This document shows positions 9,685 to 19,228 of a stretch of DNA of 64,000 bases, piece after piece. How positions within the stretch are numbered: position 1 is the first letter of the stretch; every line of letters begins with the position of its first letter. A program made the position numbers and the translations under genes. The DNA lies in the IMG/VR virus record IMGVR_UViG_2654587994_000003, positions 32,001 through 96,000 of that record; one strand, 5' to 3'. This stretch comes from a virus. Its lineage: Duplodnaviria; Caudoviricetes. The notes below the pieces were generated by a model, which did no database searches, had not been told where the DNA came from, and saw only the letters and a program-made list of their open reading frames with translations.

Positions 9685-10827
9685 ATGGAAACCGTCTTTG
9701 CCCTTTGCGCAATTCTGCTCGTCGCTCTCAACCTTCTCGGTATCTGCCTTGCCGGGTGGCGGCTAAAGCGGCGCGACCCGGAAAATTCCCTTGCGCGGCA
9801 AAAACCGCCTGTCTCGATCGTTGTGCCACTGCGCGGTGTGGAAAGTTTCACCCCTCTTACGCTGTCACGCGCCTTCGAGCTCGATTGGCCGGATTACGAG
9901 CTGCTTTTCTGCGTTGCAGATGAATTCGACCCCGTCATTGCGCAAGTACGTAAAGCCCAGAGCGCCTTTCCTTCCGTTTCAGCGCAATTGCTCATCGGCG
10001 ACGACCGGATCAGTGCCAATCCAAAACTGAACAATTGCGTCAAGGGCTGGCTGGCCGCCCGGCATGAATGGGTCATCCTCGCCGATTCGAACGTATTGAT
10101 GCCTAAATCCTACGTGACGCGCATGATGTCGGCCTGGCGGAAAGACAGCGGCCTCGTGTGCTCCCCGCCGCTGGGCTCGCGGCCGACGGGTTTCTGGGCG
10201 CATGTGGAATGCGCCTTCCTCAACGGCGCGCAGGGCCGCTGGCAATATGCGGCAGAAGCCATCGGAATGGGTTTCGCGCAGGGCAAATCCATGTTGTGGA
10301 ACAAACCGTTCCTCGAGGACCATGGGGGTATCCGCGCCCTCGCCGCCGAAATCGCCGAAGACGCCGCCTCGACGAAGCTGGTGCGGAACGCTGGCCGCAG
10401 GGTGCATCTTGTCTCCGCCCCTTTCGAGCAACCGCTCGGCCAGCGTCACGCCGGCGAAATCTGGTCACGCCAGGCCCGCTGGGCGCGGCTAAGGCGCGTG
10501 ACCTTCCCGCAATATTTCGCGCCGGAAATCCTGACGGGTGCACTTCCCCCGCTTCTGTTCGCACTCACCGCGGCGGCCATGATGGACGTGAACCTCTTAG
10601 CGACCGCCCTCGCCGTCCTCGTCCTCATATACGGCCCCGAATTGGCCCTGACCGCCCTCAACGGGTGGCCAATATCGCTCCATACCCTGCCGGCCATGAT
10701 CGCACGGGACATCATCATGCCCGTCATCTGGACGAGAAGCTGGATTGGCAGCGCAGTGGCATGGCGCGGCAATGTCATGACAATCGGTACGGCGGAAAGC
10801 ACTTTGGCCGGCCCGCCAGCGGAATAA
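9685..10827 (+). CDS. Ceramide glucosyltransferase / HpnI-like GT21 family
   Basis: PPVSIVVP, NPKLNN, LADSNV, AEDAA and RQARWAR motifs; TM segments. Confidence 0.85.
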   Translation: METVFALCAILLVALNLLGICLAGWRLKRRDPENSLARQKPPVSIVVPLRGVESFTPLTLSRAFELDWPDYELLFCVADEFDPVIAQVRKAQSAFPSVSAQLLIGDDRISANPKLNNCVKGWLAARHEWVILADSNVLMPKSYVTRMMSAWRKDSGLVCSPPLGSRPTGFWAHVECAFLNGAQGRWQYAAEAIGMGFAQGKSMLWNKPFLEDHGGIRALAAEIAEDAASTKLVRNAGRRVHLVSAPFEQPLGQRHAGEIWSRQARWARLRRVTFPQYFAPEILTGALPPLLFALTAAAMMDVNLLATALAVLVLIYGPELALTALNGWPISLHTLPAMIARDIIMPVIWTRSWIGSAVAWRGNVMTIGTAESTLAGPPAE

Positions 10828-10879
10828 TGACAATTTATGGGAAGAGGTTACGCCGGAAAGCTGATGCTTTGCCTTAAAA

Positions 10880-10956
<77 letters not shown>

Positions 10957-11220
10957 CCGAGGCGATGGCTGGGGAATACACGGTTCATACGCAGTCCGCA
11001 ACAGGGAAATTCATCTTTGTTCAGCCGCGACACAGTTGAGCAAAACCTAAGGTCGAGCGGGCAGCGCATGAACCGACAGCAAGGGGATAATCGTCTTGAC
11101 TCTCACTTGAACTCGGTCCATTTCAAATTCTACGTTCCTGACACGATTTGGTTATTCTATTCAGGTACGTGATGAATAATCCGGGGTTTCACCCCGCTGT
11201 CCAACCGGAGCAGTTTCGAC

Positions 11221-11526
11221 ATGTCTGCGAAGATTTACCGCCCTGCAAAAACCGCCATGCAATCCGGCAAGGCGAAGACCAATGTCTGGGTTCTGGAATT
11301 CGACGCCGAGGTTCCGCGCAAGATCGATCCGATCATGGGCTACACCTCCAGTTCCGACATGAAACAGCAGGTCAAGCTGACATTCGAGACACAGGAACAG
11401 GCCGAAGCCTATGCCCAGCGCAAGGGCATCGAATATCGCGTGATCCAGCCGAAAGAGGCGACTCGCAAGGTGGTTTCCTACACCGACAATTTCCGTTTCA
11501 ACCGCACCCAGCCCTGGACGCACTGA
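11221..11526 (+). CDS. ETC complex I subunit conserved region (NDUFS4-like)
   Basis: AKIYRPAKTAMQSG, DPIMGYTSS.D, V.L.F...E.A motifs. Confidence 0.9.
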   Translation: MSAKIYRPAKTAMQSGKAKTNVWVLEFDAEVPRKIDPIMGYTSSSDMKQQVKLTFETQEQAEAYAQRKGIEYRVIQPKEATRKVVSYTDNFRFNRTQPWTH

Positions 11527-11574
11527 AACACGACGACCAAAGTTTTTGCCGGAGCATCGATTGCCCGGCATGAC

Positions 11575-11651
11575 GGCCCCTTAGCTCAACTGGATAGAGC
11601 AACTGCCTTCTAAGCAGTAGGTCGCAGGTTCGAGTCCTGCAGGGGTCGCCA
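11575..11651 (+). tRNA. tRNA-Arg(TCT); integration site of prophage B
   Basis: GGCCCCTTAGCTCAACTGGATAGAGCAACTGCCTTCTAAGCAGTAGGTCGCAGGTTCGAGTCCTGCAGGGGTCGCCA is a full cloverleaf; AT-rich phage-like DNA follows immediately. Confidence 0.97.
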
Positions 11652-11687
11652 ATTATTTCAAACACTTAGCGACATTTCCTTAATCAC

Positions 11688-11716
11688 CAGTTTGCAATTT
11701 TCTGGCGCAGTTTGCA
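11688..11716 (+). repeat. Direct repeat CAGTTTGCA x2, putative integrase arm-type sites
   Basis: 9-bp exact repeats at 11688 and 11708, about 40 bp from the tRNA 3' end. Confidence 0.45.
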
Positions 11717-12104
11717 GAATTCGTTCTGCGGGCGTTCTGGTGGTGCAACTTTTGGATGATTGGTTGGAAAAATAAGCGGCAATTAATTGCCGATCGAATT
11801 ATCTGATAATCGCCAATACAATTAGATAAATAATTAATAAGTGCAAATTGGAGGGAAACCGACTTGACGGAATCGTCATTTTGGGGATAAGTGTGTATTA
11901 GTTAACAAATCCCTAAAATTTCTCTTGCCGAATCTGTCGTTGTCTGGAAAAGATGAAGGCCGAAACGCGTGGTGCGTTTCGGCCTTTGTGATTCTGCTTC
12001 GGTTATCCTGGTCGCCGAAGCAGAACAGGATTGAAGCGGTAGTCGTAGCAGAGCCGTGATAGTCCTCAAAGGCCCATAATTCAAGGCCAGAGGGCAAAAA
12101 AACT

Positions 12105-12242
12105 ATGTCTAAAGCGCAGTCTGGAAATAAAGCATCGTCTATTGCAGGCAAGGTTCTCGCAGGAACAAAACCTTCAAAGACCGAAATAATGACCTTGGCA
12201 GCGTCCGTGCTCCGGCAGGACGAAACTAAGGGCAAGCGTTAA
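12105..12242 (+). CDS. Small basic 45-aa protein (not in ORF track)
   Basis: MSKAQSGNKASSIAGKVLAGTKPSKTEIMTLAASVLRQDETKGKR; SD-like GAGGG upstream, terminator downstream. Confidence 0.65.
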   Translation: MSKAQSGNKASSIAGKVLAGTKPSKTEIMTLAASVLRQDETKGKR

Positions 12243-12249
12243 TGTGACT

Positions 12250-12279
12250 GGCGGGGAGCCACTAACTCCCCGCCTTTTA
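12250..12279. terminator. Intrinsic terminator between convergent genes
   Basis: GGCGGGGAG-N7-CTCCCCGCC followed by TTTT. Confidence 0.8.
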
Positions 12280-12304
12280 ACTTTCTGGAGACGGGAATGT
12301 TCCG

Positions 12305-12961
12305 TCACGCCGCGTCCTCCAAGTGCCAGTGCAGGAAAGCATCAAGCTGGCGATGCAAATCCACGATGTCACCGATGTTGTGGATCTCGACGTCGGCACC
12401 ACCACACCCCGCCTCGCTCTCATGCGATCCTGCAATACCGCCACGACCGACAAGCTGCCAGACCACGCCACCGAGCTTGCGAACCTCGTCGGCTTCGTTC
12501 GGGAAGCGGCAGTCATCGACGACTACGCAGCCGCCAAACGCAAGCACGCCGTCTACGCGTGAGCGCCAGAGGTTTGTCCAGAAGTCCTCCCCCATGCACT
12601 TGCGGCCCCATTCAGTGCCAAGCGTTTGCATAGCGTAGCGAGGCGTGCGTCCGGACAGCATTGCAAGGTCGGTTTCTTTGTGCGCTCCTTCGATGTGGCC
12701 TTCACCAAGACCTATGGCCCGCAACATGTCTTTCAGCGGCCCTGCGAACTTCACCAGTTGGTATCCGTGCCTCTCAACCAGGTATTTGCTGGCCGTGCTC
12801 TTACCGCTGCCAGCAAGGCCGGTGAGCGCGATGACGGTTGGCAGACTGGTGCTAACCTTCCCAATCGCCGCGCCGAGCGCGCGCAGTTCTGCTGGCACAT
12901 TATCGTTCGCCGGTACGGCTGTGAGGCAGCCGGTGTCTTTGGATGTGATTGCGTCTACCAT
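12305..12961 (-). CDS. Deoxynucleoside monophosphate kinase
   Basis: P-loop GLAGSGKS, FAGPLK, R.AMQ.LGTEWGR, DDCRFPNE, H.SE motifs. Confidence 0.9.
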   Translation of the reverse strand: MVDAITSKDTGCLTAVPANDNVPAELRALGAAIGKVSTSLPTVIALTGLAGSGKSTASKYLVERHGYQLVKFAGPLKDMLRAIGLGEGHIEGAHKETDLAMLSGRTPRYAMQTLGTEWGRKCMGEDFWTNLWRSRVDGVLAFGGCVVVDDCRFPNEADEVRKLGGVVWQLVGRGGIAGSHESEAGCGGADVEIHNIGDIVDLHRQLDAFLHWHLEDAA

Positions 12962-13218
12962 AAATCCTCCGAATAGAGCTGGGGGCCATTGGTGGCCGAT
13001 TTGATTTGGCCTGCCGCATGCGCGAGATAGAATGCCTCAACGCGGTTCACGAAACGACCTCTATCTGTGATGAATCCTTGCGCCTGAGGCGTCGCCACCG
13101 CGCCATCTATGCTCATTTGGGTGTCCATCGTTTGGATGATGGTGTGATGTCTGGCAGGCGGCGGGAGCGAAATCGTTGCGCCGAACTGGATTGCCGCGGC
13201 GGCTATACGCTCTAGCAT
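12955..13218 (-). CDS. Conserved phage hypothetical protein
   Basis: RHH...QGFITDRGRFVNR.EA...A..AGQ...LYSEDLW, a pattern recalled from phage hypotheticals. Confidence 0.7.
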   Translation of the reverse strand: MLERIAAAAIQFGATISLPPPARHHTIIQTMDTQMSIDGAVATPQAQGFITDRGRFVNRVEAFYLAHAAGQIKSATNGPQLYSEDLW

Positions 13219-13445
13219 TTGTCTGCCTCAGCGAGCGCTTCAAATATTACTTCTTCGTTCAAGTAATTCTCTCGCGCCAGACTTGCGAAATCCACTTCAG
13301 CAGGGCAGTGAACGATCGCCGCTGCAATGGCCTCCCTCGACCGCTGGAGGTATCGAAGTCGCTCTGCTCTTGGCATCCCCATCCACGACCTCTTATCAAA
13401 AGAGGAGTCCGATTTTGCCATCGCTGCAATGACCTTAGCTAACAT
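13212..13445 (-). CDS. Hypothetical phage protein
   Basis: Tightly overlapping operon member. Confidence 0.55.
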   Translation of the reverse strand: MLAKVIAAMAKSDSSFDKRSWMGMPRAERLRYLQRSREAIAAAIVHCPAEVDFASLARENYLNEEVIFEALAEADKC

Positions 13446-13723
13446 ACCGTCTCCTTAATCCTCTTCTTGCCTTCGACATTCGGCTTCACCACCGGCTTAA
13501 ACCGGCGCAGCGCGAACGGTGGATCCTCATCGCCGAACTGCGGACACACGCCACGGTTCACGCCCGCCAGCCTGATGCCGGCGTAATCTCCACCGAGATA
13601 CGTGCGGCACATGCCCACCCACGTCGCCGTGTAGATCTCCCCGGCACGAATGCCGGGGTATTGCTCAGGAAGGGTGGTGTCGTCGACGCAGACGACTTCG
13701 TCGCCGGGTTTGATCGCATTCAA
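13439..13723 (-). CDS. Hypothetical phage protein (SH3-like)
   Basis: KPGDEVVCVDD...G.IYT...F...RF.P pattern; coupled operon member. Confidence 0.6.
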   Translation of the reverse strand: MNAIKPGDEVVCVDDTTLPEQYPGIRAGEIYTATWVGMCRTYLGGDYAGIRLAGVNRGVCPQFGDEDPPFALRRFKPVVKPNVEGKKRIKETVC

Positions 13724-13920
13724 GAGACGGCCTCCTCCCGCGTCATTTCACCAAGGTAGCTCACTGCGATTGGGCACGCGTCGGCGCCTCCCAAAACAGC
13801 ATTCCGCGCTTCTCGAATCCGCCCCTCGTTCACGTATTTGTCGGGCCACCCCATCGTGACGCGCGCAAACGTTCCATTCGCTGCCGCGTAGCTGAACATG
13901 AAATAATGGAGCTTCTTCAA
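13720..13920 (-). CDS. Hypothetical phage protein
   Basis: 4-bp start/stop overlaps on both sides. Confidence 0.55.
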   Translation of the reverse strand: MKKLHYFMFSYAAANGTFARVTMGWPDKYVNEGRIREARNAVLGGADACPIAVSYLGEMTREEAVS

Positions 13921-14648
13921 GCCGCCCTCCCCGCCATCAACGCATCAAACGTCGCCAGGAACTCAAGCTCCGCCTCCTCCGGCGACCAGTACCGCAGCTT
14001 CACGCCCAGCTCTTTCCCGGCGTACCGCGCATGCCACGGCATCTCCCGCAGGTTGACCAGCTCGTCGGCGATGATGCTGTTGTCGGCGTCGTGAACCTCG
14101 CGCGGCAACTCCTTCGGCAAACCAAACCGCGCCGCGATAGCCAGCCAGTTGTCTTGCTCGATCGCACGGTAGTTCGTCAGGTACGGCTTGAGTGGGCGCG
14201 GAATGTCCACGCAGTATGCTTCAGGGGCATCGTGCAGAAGGCCAGCCAAAGCCACCTCCGGCGCGTGCTTGGCTGCAAGGTGACGGGCAATCAGAACTGA
14301 ATGTTCGGCGACGCTGTAGAACTTGATGCAGTGCCCTGCGTAGCGGCATTGCAGGCCGAGCGAATGCGCGATGTCTTCGATGTAGACTTCGTGCGGGCGC
14401 GGCGACATCGGCCAATATTTGCGACCGGTGAAGGTTTGCATGAAATCGCCGGCGCGGGGTGGTTCGGCTGGTGTGTTGCGGGTTAGGCCGATGTATTGTC
14501 CGTTGTCCTGGGACTGAGGACGGTTGTCGTTGGCGGCAACTGGGGTACACCTTGTGCGCTCTTCGCGCAGCGCCATTGCAGCCTTAAAGGTGGCGATCTT
14601 TTTATCTGCGATCTCTCTCGCGTCTATCACTGCAGCGTATGGCATCAA
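13917..14648 (-). CDS. HD-domain phosphohydrolase (YfbR/YfdR-like 5'-deoxynucleotidase)
   Basis: IEDIAHSL...CRY.GH...FYSVAEHS, LLHDA.EAY..DIP.PLK motifs. Confidence 0.88.
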   Translation of the reverse strand: MMPYAAVIDAREIADKKIATFKAAMALREERTRCTPVAANDNRPQSQDNGQYIGLTRNTPAEPPRAGDFMQTFTGRKYWPMSPRPHEVYIEDIAHSLGLQCRYAGHCIKFYSVAEHSVLIARHLAAKHAPEVALAGLLHDAPEAYCVDIPRPLKPYLTNYRAIEQDNWLAIAARFGLPKELPREVHDADNSIIADELVNLREMPWHARYAGKELGVKLRYWSPEEAELEFLATFDALMAGRAA

Positions 14649-15073
14649 AACGCCTTCCCACCAGCCATAAGCCGGTTTTCGATTTTGTGGTCAGGGCGGT
14701 TGGCGTTGAATGCCATCTTCTCGACGGCGGCGCCGCCGAGGTCATAGCCAAGGAACGCAGCCAGATCGCCGATCCGAATCATTGCGTCAGCAAGCTCCAC
14801 CTCAGCCATAGGTCGGTGCGGCAGCTTGTCGTCCATCAGCACTTTACCGGGCTTGGACTTGCGATAGCCCTCCATCGCTTCGCTGATCTCGCTGTGAATC
14901 AGGCAAAGCATCTCAGGCACGTTGCGGTCCAGCGCCCTGCCTGTGGCGAGGTCAGTGTACCAGCCTGCTCTACGGCTTGCTGCGTGGCAGTCGGCTGCAA
15001 ACAGGTTGATCGCTGCGGCGTGGTGGAATTCCACCTCCGCAGCAATTTTTAAAGTCACGACGTTGTCACTCAT
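14645..15073 (-). CDS. MazG-like NTP pyrophosphohydrolase
   Basis: LIHSEISEAMEG.RK...EVELADA.IRI.DL ExxE motifs. Confidence 0.8.
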   Translation of the reverse strand: MSDNVVTLKIAAEVEFHHAAAINLFAADCHAASRRAGWYTDLATGRALDRNVPEMLCLIHSEISEAMEGYRKSKPGKVLMDDKLPHRPMAEVELADAMIRIGDLAAFLGYDLGGAAVEKMAFNANRPDHKIENRLMAGGKAF

Positions 15074-15279
15074 TCTTGTCTCCTCAGTGGCGGTGGTTGA
15101 CCGCCAGTTGGTAGCTGGCGGCTGGTTGGGGATTGCTGGGGAAGTCGCTGTATAAATGCTAAAAAAACCCGAATTTGCCGGTTGTTTCGGTGGTTATCCC
15201 CCATTGGCAATTGACCTTCGGCCCGTAGGGAGTCCTTATTGCCATTGTGGTGCCAGCGAATCTTTCACTGGAGCACCAA

Positions 15280-15429
15280 ATGAAGACCTTCCTTAAGTTC
15301 AGGCACGGTAAAACCGAAGGTGAAGCGAACAACACTCTCGGAATGTTGCTGCTTACGATCATTGCCGTAACCTACAGGCTTGCGCCGTTCATCGCGCTGG
15401 GCGCTGGCGGATACTGGTATGTTCGCTAG
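15280..15429 (+). CDS. Small 49-aa membrane protein (antisense moron)
   Basis: SD GGAG, hydrophobic C-terminal half; opposite strand to flanking operon. Confidence 0.5.
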   Translation: MKTFLKFRHGKTEGEANNTLGMLLLTIIAVTYRLAPFIALGAGGYWYVR

Positions 15430-15433
15430 GGCG

Positions 15434-16687
15434 TCACGCCACCGCCCTCGCCGGCTCATTGTCATTGGCCGCCGCATATCGCCCCGCGACCATCTCCGGA
15501 CGCAACGTGGCGCGGGCAACTTCGCCGAAGCGGCGAGAATACGTGATAACTTTGGCAGACCGGCCCGACAGCCATCCGCCGCCAGCAGCGTATGCGTCAG
15601 GCGCGGCAAGCGTTTCGTGGCGCTCGACATACATCAGCGCCGACTTGCGGCCCTCATCGCTGTGCAGGTGCCCGACATGCGCGAAGGCGTACTTCGATGC
15701 GCCGAACATTTCGCGGAACATGCCTGCCAACGTCGCATCGACCTGGGCCACGCCACGCTTATGGCCGTGGTGATAGAACAGCGCTGTGTCGCCCCACTTG
15801 TAGGCGTAATAAAGCATAGGGCTGGTATCGACCGACACGCGCGGCTCGTTCTCGTAGATCGTCGCCAACAGCTCGCGAACCCATACGGACGAGGCCGGGT
15901 CATGGTTGCCCGAAGCCATGACGACGTGAACGTGCTTGTGCTTTTGCAACAGCATATCAACGACGCGACGCAGAGTGCGAATAACGACGCGGACCACCTT
16001 ATGCAGGCGGGAATCGGCGTCGAGAACGTGCTTATGCGCAGGCGTCACGCTCTCAAGAGCGTCATGGTGCAAGAGGTCGCCGAGCTGCGCGAGAACAGCT
16101 GTGTGCGCCTGCGGAGCGCCAGCCACAGCGGCGGCAAACCAATCCAGCAGCAACTGTTCGGCCAGCCTTAGATCGTAGTCGGCGCCCGTTTCCTCGCGAT
16201 GGGCCAGCATGCCAAAATGGCTGTCGGTCACAACGAACTGGTTGAGGAGGTCTTCTTCGATGTGCTGCGGCGCAGGCATTATCGTGATGCGAGGCAGATT
16301 TTCCTTGAGGCCGTCGACAACGGCGCGGAACGCGGCCAACTGCCCTTCGGCATCCACCGCCGTCTTCTGCCACTGCTGGATAACGCGCCCCTCAGCATCA
16401 ACGAGGGCAGACACACCTTTGACGACGTGGCCAGTCGGCACCGCGAACTTCTCGCCCCGTTCCGGCGTCTGCTGGATGAACGTGCCGCTCGGAGTGTTGC
16501 TGATACGGCTTATGCGAAAGCCAGGAAGGACAGGCTCCGTGCCAAGAAGGCCAGCTTCGGCGGCGCGTTTGATGCTCTCGGCAAGAGCGGACTTGCCGAT
16601 GCCAAGCACGGCGGCAGCCTTCACGAGCGTGCCGTGCTCTTTGTAGGCATCGGCTCTCCGGCGTAGTTCTTCTATGGGTAGAGGCAT
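15434..16687 (-). CDS. Calcineurin-like metallophosphoesterase with N-terminal HTH
   Basis: D.H.G, GD..H.D, GNHD, HHGH, GHLH motifs; start at MPLPIEE after GAGGAG. Confidence 0.8.
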   Translation of the reverse strand: MPLPIEELRRRADAYKEHGTLVKAAAVLGIGKSALAESIKRAAEAGLLGTEPVLPGFRISRISNTPSGTFIQQTPERGEKFAVPTGHVVKGVSALVDAEGRVIQQWQKTAVDAEGQLAAFRAVVDGLKENLPRITIMPAPQHIEEDLLNQFVVTDSHFGMLAHREETGADYDLRLAEQLLLDWFAAAVAGAPQAHTAVLAQLGDLLHHDALESVTPAHKHVLDADSRLHKVVRVVIRTLRRVVDMLLQKHKHVHVVMASGNHDPASSVWVRELLATIYENEPRVSVDTSPMLYYAYKWGDTALFYHHGHKRGVAQVDATLAGMFREMFGASKYAFAHVGHLHSDEGRKSALMYVERHETLAAPDAYAAGGGWLSGRSAKVITYSRRFGEVARATLRPEMVAGRYAAANDNEPARAVA

Positions 16688-16739
16688 GCAGTCTCCTCGA
16701 TGTGGTGGTGAAGGCCGCTTGGTGGGCGGCCTGATTATT

Positions 16740-17405
16740 TTACTTACGCGCCAGCAACTCACAAACCGCAGTCGAAGGCACGACATAGCCATAGCCAACC
16801 AGCGAGCCTGAGAAGCCAATAGGCGCAGCCATGACGCCAACAGTGATGCCGATCAGGTCGCCGTTGTCTGCGTAGACGGGTCCGCCTGACTGGCCCATCA
16901 CAGTTGTGATGTCTGTCACATAGACCGATTTCCAAGGACCTGTTTCGCGGGACTCGCCAGCGATCTTTCCGTATGCGGCAACGAATTCGATTTTCAGAGG
17001 ATTGCCGTAAGCAACGATAGGATCGCCAACATTCACAGCGTGGCAGGCCAGTTTTGCGACGCCGAGGCCGTCCGACGACGTACGCAGCAGTGCAATGTCA
17101 TTGGCTTTGTTGACCCAGAGGACATCAGCCTTGCGAAGAGCTCCGCCCTTCGCTTTCAACTGAACTTCCTTCGCGTCGCCGACGACGTGCGCAGCAGTGA
17201 CTATGAAGCCATCGCCGATATGAACGCCGGAGCCGTGGCCGTTTTCAAGCTGGATTTTAACGGTGGCTGTTTCTGTTGCTGCGGGTGTTGGTGGAGGAAG
17301 GAGCGCATAGGCGGCCGCAGATGTCGCGGCGATGACGAGGAATAAAGCAACGAGGAATGCTGTTGGCGTACGCCGCGACGCGGCATGCAGGAATCGTCTG
17401 AGCAT
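16740..17405 (-). CDS. Trypsin-like serine protease with N-terminal membrane anchor
   Basis: GSG, TAAHVV, DIALL, GQSGGP catalytic motifs. Confidence 0.9.
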   Translation of the reverse strand: MLRRFLHAASRRTPTAFLVALFLVIAATSAAAYALLPPPTPAATETATVKIQLENGHGSGVHIGDGFIVTAAHVVGDAKEVQLKAKGGALRKADVLWVNKANDIALLRTSSDGLGVAKLACHAVNVGDPIVAYGNPLKIEFVAAYGKIAGESRETGPWKSVYVTDITTVMGQSGGPVYADNGDLIGITVGVMAAPIGFSGSLVGYGYVVPSTAVCELLARK

Positions 17406-17485
17406 GATTATCCCCTCTTTCTGGCGACCGTGCGCCAATGTGGTGGTCTCGGTTGGTTGCCGAGCGGCTGGTGAGGCCGACAATC

Positions 17486-17517
17486 AAGCTATACTGTTTT
17501 TACAAATTTGTCAAGAT
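17486..17517 (-). promoter_or_regulatory. Sigma70 promoter with embedded palindrome (copy 1 of an exact 32-bp repeat)
   Basis: Minus strand TTGACA-N17-TAGCTT containing ACAAATTTGT; identical to 60018-60049. Confidence 0.8.
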
Positions 17518-17559
17518 TTGCGGCCGCCTCAGAATCCCGATTGACTCTTTAGAGCATGA

Positions 17560-17574
17560 GAACATAATAAGAAC
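17560..17574 (+). promoter_or_regulatory. Alphaproteobacterial LexA (SOS) box overlapping a promoter
   Basis: GAAC-ataataa-GAAC (GAAC-N7-GAAC) overlapping the -10 of TTGACT(17541)...CATAAT; upstream of the SRAP operon. Confidence 0.8.
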
Positions 17575-17604
17575 ATCATGTCTCACAAGATGCGAACACA
17601 AGCA

Positions 17605-17781
17605 ATGAAACAGTACAGATTTCGGGCTGGGCGCTGGATCGTAACAGTGCGCGCGCCGACCTTTGCCCACGCTAAAATAGCCGCCGCAGCAAAGCTGGAT
17701 CAACGGGCAGCGAAGCTTTTCGCTAGTCCGCCTGCATGCGGCTGGAAGCTTGAACGACTAGCAGACACCACCAGAGGATAG
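17605..17781 (+). CDS. Small hypothetical protein (SOS operon)
   Basis: First ORF after the LexA box; start uncertain (17578-17605). Confidence 0.5.
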   Translation: MKQYRFRAGRWIVTVRAPTFAHAKIAAAAKLDQRAAKLFASPPACGWKLERLADTTRG

Positions 17782-17785
17782 TCCT

Positions 17786-17986
17786 GTGCGCCCAAATTCA
17801 AGAGAACCGCAAGCTGATCCGGTTGACCACATCATTGCATGGCATGACGGCGATAGCCGCGCCGCGATTGAGACGCTGATGGAAGACATCCAGCACTTGC
17901 GGCTGCAGCTTGCGCTGGCGACCGCAGCGATGGGAACCGGCTTCACGAGAGGATGGAAGCCGGACGCCGACAGAAATGCCAGGTGA
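17786..17986 (+). CDS. Small conserved rhizobial hypothetical protein
   Basis: VD..IAWHDGD.RAAI.TL..D...LR.QL...GFTRGW pattern; SD GAGGA. Confidence 0.7.
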   Translation: MRPNSREPQADPVDHIIAWHDGDSRAAIETLMEDIQHLRLQLALATAAMGTGFTRGWKPDADRNAR

Positions 17987-18452
17987 AGGAGCTTATCTGC
18001 TTTCGGACTACGGCGGCGAGCCTGTCGGCGTTATATGTGAGGAATGCGAGCTCCTGAAATTCATTAGTTCGGCCGAGCTAATGGTCGAATTTGGCGACCT
18101 GTCGATGCCGACGATGCTGCGGCGCATTTCCCAAGAAGTGATCAAATGCGCTAGGCCGATGGAGGGCTTTTCAGGCCGCTGCATGCTTCATTACCACGCG
18201 CGCGCCGGCAGTCAGATCGATGCATTGAAACAAGCGACGCCGCCGGCCGTTAGAGTGAAGGAAATTCGAAACTGGGAGATTGTCGTTGCCAAGTGCAACT
18301 ACTGCGGCCACGTTTCAAATATCCCGCACTGGCAACTGAACCGCGCGGCGAAGACGGACACTACGGTGGACGAAATTGCCAAGCGACTGAAATGCAAACG
18401 ATGCAGCGTGAAGGGTGATGTGAAAATCACCATAGCCAAGATGCCGAGGTGA
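17976..18452 (+). CDS. Zn-ribbon protein (multiple CxxC)
   Basis: CEEC, CNYC, CKRC motifs; coupled within the operon. Confidence 0.65.
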   Translation: MPGEGAYLLSDYGGEPVGVICEECELLKFISSAELMVEFGDLSMPTMLRRISQEVIKCARPMEGFSGRCMLHYHARAGSQIDALKQATPPAVRVKEIRNWEIVVAKCNYCGHVSNIPHWQLNRAAKTDTTVDEIAKRLKCKRCSVKGDVKITIAKMPR

Positions 18453-18454
18453 GC

Positions 18455-19228
18455 ATGTGTAACTTGTATCGCATGGAGGACAAGGACTGGGTCTCGAAAT
18501 GGGCTCAGGACGCCGAAAGCTTTATCAACCTGATGCCGGCCTATCAAATGAACCCCGATCAGATGGGCCCCATCGTCCGCAACACTGCGGATGGCAAGAA
18601 GCAGCTTGTGCATGCGCGCTGGGGCCTGCCCTCACCGATTTTCGTGCAGAAGAAGGCTGCGGAAGCTCGAGCGGATAAGCTGAGGGCCAAAGGCAAGGCC
18701 GTCGATATGGATGAACTCATCCGGATGGAGCCGGACCGCGGTGTGACGAATGTGCGCAAGCTCAATCTGCCTCACTGGACGCGCTGGTTCGGCGTCGAGC
18801 ACAGGTGTCTCGTCCCGGTCACCAGCTTTGCCGAGCCGGATCCGGCAAGCAAACAGGAAGGTGGCAATGTGCCTAATGCCTGGTTTGCCCGAGACGAGGC
18901 AAAATCACTCATGTTCTTCGCGGGCATCCACGTGCCGCAATGGAAAAGCGTTCGCAAGGTGAAGGACGGAATGACCACGGACGATCTCTATGGCTTCCTG
19001 ACCACGGATCCCAATGATCTCGTTAGGCCCATCCACGAGAAGGCTATGCCCGTTCTTCTGTTGACGAAGGAAGAAACCGACGTCTGGATGCGGGCGCCTT
19101 GGGATGAGGCAAAGCACCTCGCCCGCCCACTGCCAAACGATGCCCTGATTGTGCTGTCGCGTGAACCTTATGGCTCAACGATTGTTTCGCGAAGCGGAGA
19201 ACCGGTGGAGCAAGGAAGCCATTTATAA
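18455..19228 (+). CDS. SOS response-associated peptidase (SRAP/YedK/HMCES family)
   Basis: N-terminal MCNLY (catalytic Cys2), RCLVP.T.F.E, IH.KAMPV motifs. Confidence 0.92.
   Translation: MCNLYRMEDKDWVSKWAQDAESFINLMPAYQMNPDQMGPIVRNTADGKKQLVHARWGLPSPIFVQKKAAEARADKLRAKGKAVDMDELIRMEPDRGVTNVRKLNLPHWTRWFGVEHRCLVPVTSFAEPDPASKQEGGNVPNAWFARDEAKSLMFFAGIHVPQWKSVRKVKDGMTTDDLYGFLTTDPNDLVRPIHEKAMPVLLLTKEETDVWMRAPWDEAKHLARPLPNDALIVLSREPYGSTIVSRSGEPVEQGSHL

Noticed and set aside
13917-15073. HD hydrolase + MazG-like pair as a 2-aminoadenine (Z-genome; DatZ/MazZ) cluster
   Set aside because: No PurZ/adenylosuccinate-synthetase-like gene in the window; both families are common in ordinary temperate phages.
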